A stretch of DNA of 63,816 nucleotides, the filler included, from Streblomastix strix (lineage: Eukaryota): NCBI GenBank assembly GCA_008636045.1. It is 2 parts of 2 records of this genome, joined end to end, with 100 filler letters (N's around TTAATTAATTAA, not from the genome) between each part and the next. Parts side by side here need not be neighbours in the genome. Positions count along the whole stretch, not along the records: positions 1 to 31,876 come from SNRW01000075.1; 1 more part is not named here. One strand, written 5' to 3'. The notes under the pieces were generated by a model, which was not told where the DNA came from, ran no database searches, and was given only the letters and a program-made list of their open reading frames with translations. Position 1 is the first letter of the stretch; each line of letters opens with the position of its first letter. A program made the position numbers and the translations under genes. Shown here piece after piece: positions 15,889 to 28,670 of the stretch.

Positions 15889-17722
15889 TCATAAGAGCAT
15901 TGCCAATGCAGGAAATAATACAACTACAGCAATCACACTTATCAAAACATTCAATTAATCGCATCCAGATTTATCTAGAGCATCAGTTTTATCAGTGGAT
16001 GGTTTGTCATCTTTAGTTCTGCATCCTTCTCGATAATCATCAGATACGCATCCACATTAATTCACAGGAACTCCTTCAAGAAATGTTGCTATTTATGAGC
16101 AGGTGCATTTATTAGGGTGGAAATCTCTTGCACATATACATCCTAATTCTGGGACTGCATTATTGGTGCATTAAGTTGGTTTACATTCGTTTCTCGTATC
16201 TCCTTTAATACATTGGCATTTTCTAGATGAAATCTAAATTAGATCTTCTGCTGTATTTGGACAGATGCAATCTTTATCATCATTTATTTCTCCTTTACAA
16301 ACAGAACATGAAGATCTGAGATCTCCTGAAACACATTTGCATTTATCCTTCGAAAATGTCAATAATTCTTCTGGATCTTTCGGACAGAGGCAATTTGAGC
16401 TGTCATTCACACCTGTGCATTTGCATCGACCTTGTGGATCAAGTGTGAAACATTTGCATTATTCTCTGGGATCATTATTACCGATGCATTTGCACTGCAA
16501 TTTGGGAATACCAACTAAATCTTCTGCTTTTGATGGGCATTTGCATCTTCTTGGATGGAATCTCTATGTGCATGTACAGCCAAATGCAGGAAGAATATCA
16601 TTTGTGCATTTAAATTCATAACATTCTTCCCTCACATCTCCAATCTAACAACTACATCTATCAATTGGTATTCCAATTAGACCTTCTGTTTTAATTGGAC
16701 AGATACATCCAACTGGATAATTAGTACTTGTGCAATAGCATCTAAATTAAGGATCATCTTTGTTGGTGCAATCAGTCAATGGTTGTGCAAAGAAAGAAAC
16801 GTTAGTAATTAGTGGCCAGGGTTTGATAACTTCAGTTGCAACAACCAAATCAGTGTCAAGACGATACAATGTGCGATAATATGTGGATACAGTTTCAAAA
16901 TTCCATCCATAATAAATCTATATAAATAACATATATCAATAAAATATATATTCATAATTTAAAGTGAGTTTTTCACTATATAACTATCTTATAATTACTT
17001 CAATATAATTTCCATACCTGATATCTTTCATAATAATTATTATATGCTAATACTGGTCCAAATCGAGCAATAAGTTTCCGCAGTAATTCTTGACTGATGC
17101 CTGTTTCACTTTGAATAGACCCAAATCTCAGATTCTGTCCATATTTGATTAAATCTGTTTTATTGTCAATACAAGTCGCCTTACAAGTGCCATTGTATGA
17201 TCCTTCTTTACCGTAACAGCTTTATGGAGAAATTCCACTCAATCTCGATGCAGAACTGTATTTAATGTCGCATCCTGTTTAATAGTCTGTCGATATCCCA
17301 TTGGGTTTTTCATCAGTAATTATCTTCAATTGTTTTGGATGGCAGTTGAACAACTGGTAATCAGATGGTGTGATATTCTTATAGTCGTAGGCAAGAATTG
17401 CGATTGCTTCAAGATCAAAGTACATCTTTTCGTAATAATCTTAAGCTCCTGTACAATTTAACTTCGCGTAATCAATGGTTTATTCGATTTCAAAGTCGCC
17501 ACTACTATTGTAACCAAGTGGAAGGACTGAAAGATGTCTTGAAGAAGCGCTTCCAATCCAAGGCAAAACTCCGTCGTCAGTGTCAATTGCAAAGTAACCC
17601 TTGTCAGAACCTGTTTAATCCCAGGTTATTGTATTATTTTGGAGTGAAAATTTCTCAAAATTGATTAGTTCAGCTTTCAAAATTGAAGCAAGAACGAAGA
17701 AACGTAGTAACTTGTTGAACAT
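15889..17722 (-). CDS. Surface protein: signal peptide, degenerate papain/cathepsin-B-like domain, CxC-rich repeats, C-terminal hydrophobic anchor
   Basis: MFNKLLRFFVLASILKA; SDYQLFNC, GISPQSCY..CKATCIDN, LIARFGPVLA, IYYGW; repeats such as CICPIKTEGLIGIPIDRCSC and CKCPSKAEDLVGIPKLQCKC; ends VLISVIAVVVLFPALAMLL-TGA. Intron at about 16920-17015. Confidence 0.82.
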
Positions 17723-18128
17723 CTTTTGAATTAATTAATAAATTGTATGAAATAATTAAAAAATAACAATATATATCAAATAATATTTAATTAATTGCAA
17801 ATTTATTGGGACTAGTCCAAAAATATTGTTAGACTATAAAAATTTTCAAATGGATCTAACTCTTTTAATTGAAAGTTATTTAAATTTTTAATTTATTTAA
17901 TAGCTTTAATATACGAATTTAATTCTAAAAATTAATAAATCATACATTTTTTCAGAGCAGATCTTAAAATAAGTAGTGATGCGATTTTTTTCAGCAAAAA
18001 TATTTAATCTTGAACGACAATATAAAATCTAGTATTTAATTCAATATTAATATTTTTAAATTTTATATATTTAGTTATTAAATCTGTTTATAAAATAAAA
18101 CACTCTTAGTTGGTAGATGAATGATTAA

Positions 18129-19650
18129 TCAAACTTGAAGCTTATTCATTGCTGCAATATTATCAAGTGTTGAATAGGGAACAGTCTCACCTTCATTTTA
18201 TATTGTATGCTATTCATTACTCTTCTACATGCAAAATATGATTAAAAAAAAGAAATAAAAGAACAATTCAAAATTATAAAATCTAAACCTTCCAGCGAAC
18301 AATGAATAAAATTCCTATTGCGAGTGAGCTAATTAAAATAAATGCTCCAATAACAATTCCAACTGTCATAACTATTTTCATCTTTGAACTCTATTTTTGA
18401 TCATCAGGAGGATTTGGAAGGTTAATATATCCTGATGTATCAACATCATGACTTTTAATGGCTTCATAATAAACGCTGTTTTCATTATTTGATGTGCTCC
18501 CCTCTAGAAATGAGGTTAAAATATCTTTAATATTGTCTTTAGTCCAACCATCTGGATAACTTCCCCATTCTAAATAAGCATCATTTGCATTGTGTGAACC
18601 TGTTTGTCTATTATTTATGAACTAATTGAATGATAACTTGAATTAATTTGATGATGACCATATCGCAATTGCACCAGTATCATAGCCAGTGTTATTAGAG
18701 AATTAATTATTAGTGATTATATATGAGTTATTGACTGCATCTGGTGATGAATAAATATAAACTGCTCCTGCATAACTGAATGATGAACTGACACATGAAT
18801 TAAATTAACTTTCATTGATAATAATACTTGAGTTGGATCCGGTTGTTAGAATTGTAAGGGCAGCTTATGCAGAAAAATTAATAATGGTGATAATTTTGAA
18901 TTGAATGTTATCAATTATTATTTATGAATTATTATTATTTGATTCAAAATGAATTAAATTCTTAGAATTTGTGGTAGTATCCATGAAAATGCTTTCTTTT
19001 AATACTATCTTATCAAGGTTGAGAGCAACAATCATTTATCCAACTTGAGTATCATTTTTCAAGCCAATGAATGCACAATATTATATTGTTAGGGACTAAT
19101 AATCAAAAGAAGAATTTGTTGCAAAAATTAAATATTTTGTTGGGCAAATTATGGTGTTGTTTGTTGTGAAGTCAAACTTCAGATATTATAGAGTTAATTC
19201 CCCTGAATCAAGGCCAATTATAAATTCATTGGATGTATTAACTTGCCATATTGTCCATTTATCAATCTTTTTATTGTTTTAAACTCTGCCCTATTCAGAA
19301 AATATGAATAAAACAATGGGATAAAAATTAAGAAAAATAAAAAAAAATTTAATAAAATATTGATTTGATTTAATAATAAATAGTCATACGTTGATGAGAA
19401 TAAGGGATTTAATATTGATTAATATTGATTCAAAGTGAAGTTTATCTTCAAGTGTGATTTCAAATTTTTCAATACAGCTTTCTGTTATAACTGAAGTAAT
19501 ATTATTTGCAGTATATTTAGAAACATCAATTATTCTATATTTTTTGCTCACTTTCCATTAGCAGGTAGAATTTTATAATAATTCACTATGAGAGATTATG
19601 AACGTCTAGCAAAATGAAGATGTGATAATAAGTGCAAATGCAAAAATCAT
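18129..19650 (-). CDS. Type I membrane protein with a pectin-lyase/beta-helix-like ectodomain
   Basis: Signal MIFAFALIITSSFC; CVSSSFSYAGAVYI and FSNNTGYDTGAIAI motifs; TM VGIVIGAFILISSLAIGILFIV; two introns; TGA at 18129-18131. Confidence 0.72.
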
Positions 19651-21019
19651 CTAAAAAAATAAAAATAAGCATAATTTCATTTATTTTAAAATATAATAAT
19701 TATAATTATTAAAAATTAAGTAAGAATATATAAATAATAAATATTGAAATATTTAAAATTGAAATTTTCTATGTGGATGGAGTTGAAATAAAATTTTATA
19801 AAAATAATTTGCAAAATCTGAAATTATTCGTTTAATAGTCCGCTATAATTATAATTTTTATTAATTTATTAATATTAGCTGGATTCTACTGAAAATTGTG
19901 GAAAATTAAATTTTGAAACGTGAGGACAAGAATAAAAAATATTCTGTAAAAATTTTGACCAGATATTTAATTTTTTTAATTTATTTAGTTTTTTCTAATC
20001 ATAATAGTTATTATATAGGCCTGGTGAAATCGGCGCAAAGTGAAAAGATTTGTCTGTTGTCCAATAACCTTTTTTGATACTCAGTGCCCAATTAATAACT
20101 AATTTAAACCTTCCACAAATGTGGCAGTAAATATTATTTGATTAAATGTAACTTATATAGGGGAAAACTCAGTTATGAGCGCATAAAACACATAGAATAG
20201 ATATAAATTCTATTATTTAGTTAAATAATTACAAATGTTAATGTATTAAAAAAAATTTAGAAATTTATTAGGATCCATCAATAATAAATATAATTACGTT
20301 TGTTTTCTCTCACAAGTTCCAGTTCTACGTGATGATGATAACTTTGAATAATGTTATATAATTAAATTTGATATAATTATTATTATAATCAAAGTTAAAA
20401 ATACTTGGACTGCGAAATATGTCTGGTGGCTTTAACATTTCTCGTCTCTATGACATTACAAATACAATAAATTTTAATAAAATAAATTTATAATCCGCAA
20501 ATAAAAAATGATCAAAATTTAAAAAAAATACTTAATGAAAAAAATGAATTATAAATAAATAAATTCAAAACATAATAATTCTGTTTACATAATTAAGTAT
20601 TTATTTGTATTTATTTAATTTTAAAACTTTAATTTATTTCCAACAATATTTGAAACTTAATTTTATCTTTATAGTTCATTATGATAGGTTAGTTCAGATG
20701 GTTTCATTGATATGTTCAAAACAAAATAACTGGTGACGAGATTTACTAGATAATTATTTTATAAGAATTACATATACTAATTTAATAATTATTTATTTTC
20801 AAAATTTCATACAAACATAAATTTGTTACATAATTAAAATTAAACTAAAATTTTTCTATTAAATTAAAATTAAATGAATAGTAAAATTTTTGTTTTTTAA
20901 TAGTATTGCGTAATGAAAAAATTTGTGCAATTATTTAAAAGTTATTAATTTCGATAAGTTTTATGTAACTATAGCTATTCTTTTAAAAACTGTTAAAAAC
21001 GAATTAAATCTTTTCTAAT

Positions 21020-22632
21020 TTCAAATACGAAGAAATTCACACGGAAATAAATAGAAAAAAATACAGTTTTCTTTCTAAATAATTCAATTGAAGGAAAGAA
21101 GATGTAATAATGGAAATTACTAGATGAAAATATTAACTAATAATAATTTCTTAATCGTGTCTCATCTTTTTATAATCAAATTGGTAGAAAAATTAAAAAA
21201 TAATTCATTTTTCTTACTGCAAATTTAAAACAATGTATTAGAAATTTAAGAAAAATATAAAAAATAAATATTATTTATTAAATTAGATTTAAATAATAAT
21301 TATAACTCACAATTATAACTAAAAAATGTATTAAATACCGATTTTTTCAGGGTCTAATCAGCACACTTCGTTGAATTAAAATTTTTATAATCTAAATTTT
21401 TTTTATTATAATTAATTTATATATTAAATAAGAAATCTTTATTTAATTTTTCTTAATCTTTAATAAGTATAGAAATTATCTTCACTTTTGATATTAATTT
21501 GTTATTTAGGTTCATAAATTTATTTGATTTAATGAAAAATTTGTAAATTAATTGAGATTTAATTTATAAAAATCTTGTAAAGAAAGAATATTACTTTTTT
21601 TAAAAGGAAAATTGCTTATGTATAGATATTTTATTTATTAAAAAGTATTTTAATTATACATACAAAATATAAAAAATTAAGATCAAGAAAGAAAACGAAC
21701 AAATTGTAGATTTGTTTAGAAAAACAGACCTATTATTGAATTTCAAGAGGAGCCCATTTATTGAGTTTGAAACATGTATATTGCAGCATAAAGAGCAGAA
21801 ATTTAATATTTAAATTTTGTAACTAAAGAAGAAAGTTTCGAAGAATAAAATTTGGATTATTAATTAATAGTGCCATATATTGATTTGTTATAATTACATT
21901 TATTTAATAAAATATAAGATAAGATTTTATAATTACATATATATGCTTTTTTTTTACTTTTACATCTTCATCAAACATATTTAAATAAATAAACGATTAA
22001 GTTGTTGATACTATTGTATAAGAAAGAAATTAAAAGAAAAATAGAAAATAAATGTTGATGATGATGAAGAAGAACAAGAAGAAGATGATGATTAAGAGGA
22101 GTAATGAGTTCGTGTATCACTTCAAAAACATCTTTGTTTTACTTTGTTATTAAGATTTTTTTTCATGAACACTTTCAATTTTTATTTATTTAATTTAATA
22201 TTTAAAATTATAAAATTTTATTTCATCTTTATTTATTTATTTATTAAAATTATCTTTAAGATTTTAATAAATCTCTTCTTTTTTATCTTCATAAATTTAA
22301 TTGTGATTATTTATAAATAATATTTAAACAATTAAAAAAATATATTAAACTTTTTTTTTATTACTTTATTAATAATTCTCAGGAAACGAGTACTAACTAG
22401 TTCATCCAAACATTTTGTTAGCATCAACGCAGTCTTCGGTTTAAACAAGGGTCTAGATCCTTCCTCGACAAGGGAATGATTAGAGGTAAAGCAAGATTTT
22501 TAACTGTCATTTAATTTTTAATTTTTTTTTTATTTCATACATAAATTTTAGAAATTGATTGTCCTTTTCCTGACTGTGGAATATAACTTCGTGGAATACC
22601 TTCGTATAATATGCACATACAATCTCATTATA
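21020..22632 (+). repeat. Direct segmental duplication, copy 1 (copy 2 at ~27183-28670)
   Basis: Colinear similarity from ttcaaatacgaagaaa... to ...caatctcattata in both copies. Confidence 0.92.
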
Positions 22633-22899
22633 TGAAGAAAACTTACTAATGTCCACATTTCTTCAGTAATTCGTAGCTGCCCACCAAAGAGCTCCTGTCT
22701 CGCCATATAGTTAAATTCCATAGTTTCAAAGAATGCAAAAATATTAATAATTATTAAAAAATATAATAACGAATATTTTCATATATTTATTATTTTTTTA
22801 GGAGTAGTAAGTGATGCTGAGGTACTGTGGAATGCCTCAAGAGCATCTGGGTCTTTTGGAATATAAATAAATTTTGATAATAAAAACTAATCTTGGTGA
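22383..22899 (+). CDS. C2H2 zinc-finger protein exons (5' end unclear; possibly a pseudogene)
   Basis: CPFPDCGIQLRGIPSYNMHIQSH followed by a degenerate YQCPHFF...LSRHIVKFH. Three exons. The second copy (28420-28670) is cut by the mariner. Confidence 0.65.
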
Positions 22900-23507
22900 T
22901 ATAAAATTAATTTTTGTTAATTCTTTTAATTTTACAGTATTTTTTTTTAATTTTAAAAGAAATGAATGAAATTTAATATTTAATTAACACAAACACTAAA
23001 AAGAGAATTATATGTATTATAAATTAATATAATTTAAAAAAATAAATTATTAAATAATAATTATTTAAAATATTAATTTAAAATTGAGAATTTTATATAA
23101 AAAACTTTATAATAATTTAAAAAATTAAATTATTAAATTGTTTATTCTCATCACAACAAACCATACTATTTTTATTGAACATTTAATTTAATTCAATTTA
23201 TTAAATTATTTTAAACATATTTTTCATAATATACAATATTTTTCCGCAGAAAGCTTAATAAAAACTTTGATTTTTAAAAATTTTGATTTTAAACCAATCA
23301 TACTATTTTATAATAATGAATTTTACTATTTTATATCAAAATACTTTATTTTACACAAATTAATTATATTATACAATATTTTTCTTTGGAGTAATGAGTG
23401 TATTTCGTGAAATAAAAATAAAAAATGAAAATTTTAACAATTGTTTGAAATTTTAATTTTTATTATTAAAGTATTTAATTAAAAAAAAATCAATTAAAAT
23501 AAAAATC

Positions 23508-24188
23508 ATGAAAGAAAACGAACAAGTGGAAGACTTGCAAAGAAAAATAGACCAATTATTGAGATTCAAAAAGAGCTCATTTACTGCGTTTGGAACATGC
23601 TTTACTGCAGTATATTGAGCAAAAATTTAATATTTAAATTCTACTAAAAAAGAAATAAATTAGAATGAGAAAATAAAAAGAAGAAGAAGAAGATTGAATG
23701 AATAAGATGAGAAAATTCTTCTGGAAAGAATGAATAATGATGTGTAAAATTTGGGAAATGAAAAAAACATATAGAAGTAAATTACCTTGAGAAAAGAGAA
23801 AGAATAAGAATAGGATCTCTTAAATAGAATGGATCCACTTTGGAGTATGAAGAATAGTCCATATCTAGAGTTTGAAACTTGTTTTACACCGGCTTAAAGA
23901 GCAGAAATAGCCTATATAAGCGCAAATACTAAAGAGAAGATAGTCTAAATGAAGAGTACACTAATCGAATCAACATAAAGAGGCCCTTCTACTGGAGTTT
24001 CAAAGAAGAAGAAGAAATAAGAACTATAATCAACATCTTCAGTTCAATAAAGTTTGAGTTTGATGAATGGGACTGAATTAAACATGACTCTTACTTCATT
24101 AAGTAATAACAATAAAGATAAAGATGATAATGGATCGTAAAAAGATTAGAATAAGATTAAGAAATAGAAACGAAGGATATAAAATTGA
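23508..24188 (+). pseudogene. Hypothetical protein with an internal repeat (DL.R.D.L...K.SP..EFETCFT...RAEI.Y)
   Basis: ATG 23508, one in-frame TGA at 23616 and a stop at 24186. The motif occurs twice here and again at ~21690 and ~27850. Confidence 0.55.
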
Positions 24189-24354
24189 ATTTTTTTAATT
24201 TTTTAATGCAATTGTATACTTTTATTTTTAAAAGAAATGATTTTAATTAATTAATTAATAAATATAAATTCTAAAAGGGATTTATGTATATATTATAAAT
24301 TAATATAATTTAAAGAATTAATGAAATAAATAATAAATAAATAAATAATGCTTA

Positions 24355-25330
24355 TGAATATTAAGAAGAATTCAGCAGTAATGAAACAATTGATGATGAT
24401 TTGCAATTATTCAATTCCAATAGTTAAACTTCGTCATTCTCCTCCTCAACATCTTCCAAACCAATTATAAGACCTTCTTCATTGATTTGGAACTCAACTA
24501 ATCGTTTTCAGAAAGATGAAAATTAAAATATTCCTAAACAAATAAAGATTAATAATAAACTTGATAAGGCATTAGAACAATTAATATAAATATATAAATA
24601 AATATAAAGAAATAATAATTATTATGTAAATAATTAATAAGATTATTAAGAAGAAATTAGCGGTAATGAAATTAATGATAATGAATTAATATAATATAGT
24701 ATTAATAATTAACCTTCATCATCCTCCTCTTCAATATCTTCCAAATCAATTTGAACGCCTTCTTCATCCAATTACAAATAATCTGTTTAAATAAAGAAAG
24801 ATAATGGTTAGGATATCCGCAACAATGCATTTACCAACCCAAAACAAAATTATGCATAAGAATAACAAATATAAAGAATTAAATAAATATAAAAAAATAT
24901 TCAAAATAATAATTAATACATAAATAATGATTTAGAATATTAAGAAGAATTCAGCAATAATGAAATTAATGATGATGAATTAATATAATATAGTATTAAT
25001 AATTAACCTTCATCATCCTCCTCTTCAATATCTTCCAAATCAATTAGAATGCCTTCTTCATCCAATTAAAAATAACCAGTTCAAATGAAGAAAGGTAATG
25101 GTTAGAATATCCACAACAATGCTATGATCAATACAATACATAGTAATGCATAAGAGTAATAAAAATATTAACACAATAAATAATTAAATCGAAATATGAA
25201 TTAACATTTAAATAATAAATAAATTTAATAAGAAGAATTCAGTAATAATGAAACATAAAAAAGGAAATTATTAAAATAAAATGTTAATATGTAACCTAAT
25301 CAGTCTTCATTTTCGTCAATTTCTGATTAA
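24355..25330 (+). repeat. About 290-bp tandem repeat, 3-4 units, S/N/Q-rich coding
   Basis: Units starting attaagaagaa(t/a)t..gc..taatgaa at ~24357, 24643, 24936 and 25226. Confidence 0.8.
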
Positions 25331-25419
25331 TAATTAACAATATCTTCATAGCTAGTCCTAACTAAAGTAATAAAAGGCAATTAAAATATGAATAATAACT
25401 TTAATAACAATGATAATAC

Positions 25420-26720
25420 TAAGTAAAGGAAGTAGGTAGGAAGACCGTTCAAAGATACAATTGATTATATATAACTGCAATCAGAAATTAAAGATGGTAT
25501 AGGATGAAGATGAATTGAATCTTGAAGAAAGGAATAATTAATTGAAAATTCAGCACAATGAATAAGTTATAAAACACAAGAAGTAAAGAATTACTACATC
25601 AAAAGGCGACGGCTGTAGTTGGCGCACTGTAACAAGAAGATAGAAAGATAAATTAATCATAATAATTACAAATAATAACCATACCAATCATTAAATATTT
25701 GTTAGTAATATTGCAGATCATCAATTGAGATCTTTGTCATAATATGCTTCAAATACTCTTTCAATCCTGGTATAATCTACATTACGAACATCAAATATAT
25801 TGGCAGTAATGAGAAAAAACATACCTGACTGAACAGATAATTATGAAAGACATATATAATTATAGATAAAGAATAGAATTAATATAAAGGGAAGAAAGGA
25901 ATGAATTGGATAACTTATTATATTATTTTCTATAAAATAATTATAAATTTAATTTATAAGTTAACCAATATGATGTAATTGAACAATTAATTACCATTCA
26001 CCCATTTTCTTCTCAAATGGCTCTAAAATATTAACAGATAGTCTTGTTTGATGGAACATATAAGATAACCAGAGAGAATTGTACTATAGTTAATGTTGTA
26101 GGGATAGATAATAACAATAGATCTTTCATTATAGCGTAATCATATACTCTACATGAAACCGTATAGTACTACATTTACATACAATAATCATTATCAGACC
26201 TCCTTGGTTCTTAATAGAATCCAAAAATTCTTGTAACAGATTCGGCAAGAGCCATTACATCTGCAGTGCAACAAGTTAGGCAGTAAGTTAAACACATTAT
26301 TTGTAGGTAGCACTTAATAATGTGTGTGAGAGCAAAGGAAAAGTTATACTTAAAGAAAAATAATTTATGTGTATGATTCATAATTTTATATTTAATTAAA
26401 AAAAATTAATAATAAATAAATTTCTTCAAACATTTATTTCAATACCATTCAGGTTGCCCTTAACAATGATTGGAATAAGATCATTTATTCAAAAACTATG
26501 TAACAATTGAATGAAAATAAAATATTCATTTAAGAAAAATATTAATAAAATAATAATGATATATATGAATATTTAAATAGTTAGCGGTATCCACTATAAT
26601 CATACTTTGTTTCTGCGTTTGTTGACACTTTCAGACATCTTGGTTGCTCCTCAAATTCTCGCACTGAAAGTATTAATGCATCTTTGAAGCGTTGCCTATA
26701 AATTCCAAATAGAAAATTAG
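25420..26720 (+). mobile_element. Mutator/MULE (FAR1-like) DDE transposase, intron-containing, partly decayed
   Basis: IVLFDGTYKITREN..VVGIDNNNRSF, PKILVTDSARAITSAV, HIICR(TAG)H and HLGCSSNSRTESINASLK match the MULE D, D, CxxH and E motifs. In-frame TGAs upstream. Confidence 0.88.
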
Positions 26721-28670
26721 TAAAAATATATAAATATACCGAACAGTTAATAAATTGATAATAAAAAGCAAGTTCAATGTAAATTAAATCTGAATCGGAT
26801 GAATCAACTTAAAACTTCATGACTGATTATGATTTCAACTAATCAGATTCTGATATAAATGAAAATTTTATAAATTTATAATTAAATTTAGAAGGAAATA
26901 TGGAAGGAACATAAGATGTGGAAAATGAATTAAATGTAGAAATTAATAATTAAATAAATAATGAAGCAGAATAAAATTAATCAATCAATTAGCAAACATT
27001 GAGAAAGTTACGTAATAAATAAACCATCAAATAAATGAATATATGAAATATTGAAGGACAATAAGATCTGGAAAATGAATTAAATGTAAAAATTAATAAT
27101 TAAATAAATAATGAAGCAGATTAAAATTAATCAATCAATTAGCAAACATAACAAACATAAATATAATTTCATTTATTTTTTAATTTCAAATACGAAGAAA
27201 CACATATGGAAATAAATAGAAGAATATACAATTTTCTTTCTAAATAATTCAATTGAAGGAAAGAAGATTTAATAATAGAAATTACTAGATGAAAATATTA
27301 ATTAATAAAAATTTCATAATCATGTCTCACCTTTTTATAATCAATTTGGTAGAAAAATTAAGAGATAATTCATATTTCTTATCGCAAATTTAAAACAATG
27401 TACTAGAAATTTAAGAAAAATATAAAAAATAAATACTATTTATTAAATTAGATTTAAATAATAATTATAACTCACAATTATAACTAATAAATGTATTAAA
27501 TACCTACTTTTTCAGGTTCTAATCAGCACACTTCGTTGAATTAAAATTTTTTTAATAAAAAATTTTTTTATTATTGATAATTTATATATTAAATAAGAAA
27601 TCTTTATTTAATTTTTCTTAATCTTTAATAAGTATAGAAATTATCTTCACTTTTGATATTAATTTGTTATATTGGTTCATAAGTTTATTTGATTTAATGA
27701 AAATTTATAAATTTATTGAGATTTAATTTATAAAAATCTTGAAAAGAAAGATTTTTTTTTATAAAAGAAAAATTGCTTATATATTGATATTTTATTTATT
27801 AAAAAGTATTTTAATTATACATTCAAAATTTAAAAAAATAATATCAAGAAAGAAAACGAACAAATTGTAGATTTGTTTAGAAAAACAGACCTATTATTGA
27901 ATTTCAAGAAGAGCCAATTTATTGAGTTTGAAACATGTATATTGCAGCATAGAGAGCAGAAATTTAATATTAAAATTTTGTTACAAAAGAAGAAAATTTC
28001 GAAGATTAAAATTAAGATTATTAATTAATAGTGCCATATATTGATATGTTATAATTAGTCTAAAAATAAGGAAAAGAAAAGCAGAAAATAAAAGTTGATG
28101 ATGGCGAAGAAGAACAAGAAGAAGATGATGATTGAGAGGAGTGATAAGTTCGTGTGTCACTTCAAAAACATATTTGTTTCGCTTTGTTTTTAGGATTTTT
28201 TTCACGAACACTTTCAATTTTTATATATTTACTGCAATATTTCAAATTGTAAAATTTTATTTTATCTTTATTTATTTATTTATTAAAATAATCTTTAAGA
28301 TTTTAATAAATCTCTTCTTTTTTATCTTTATTAATTTAGTTGTGATTATTTATAAATAATATTTTAAATAATTAAAAACTACATTAAACCTTTTTTTTAT
28401 TATTTTATTAATAATTCTCTGAAAACGAGTACAAACTAATTCATCCAAACATTTTGTTAGTATCGACGCAGTCTTCGGTTTAAACAAGAGTCTAGATCCA
28501 TCACCGACAAGGGAATGATTAGAGACAAAGCAAGATTTTTAACTATCATTTAATTTTTAATTTTTTTTTATTTTATAAATAAATTTTAGAAATTGATTGT
28601 CCTTTTCCTAATTGTGGAGTATAACTTCTTAGAATACGTTCGTATAATATGCACTTACAATCTCATTATA

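Noticed and set aside
20016..20100. tRNA or snRNA in a GC-richer island
   Set aside because: No cloverleaf, T-loop or Sm-site pattern is recognisable.
23616..23618. In-frame TGA codons as selenocysteine or Trp recoding
   Set aside because: They occur in decayed copies at Arg/Trp-type positions (AGA/CGA/TGG one step away) alongside frameshifts, and intact genes use TGA as stop.
24355..25330. Possible CRISPR-like spaced repeats
   Set aside because: Units are ~290 bp, degenerate and coding, with no short constant repeat and unique spacers and no cas genes.
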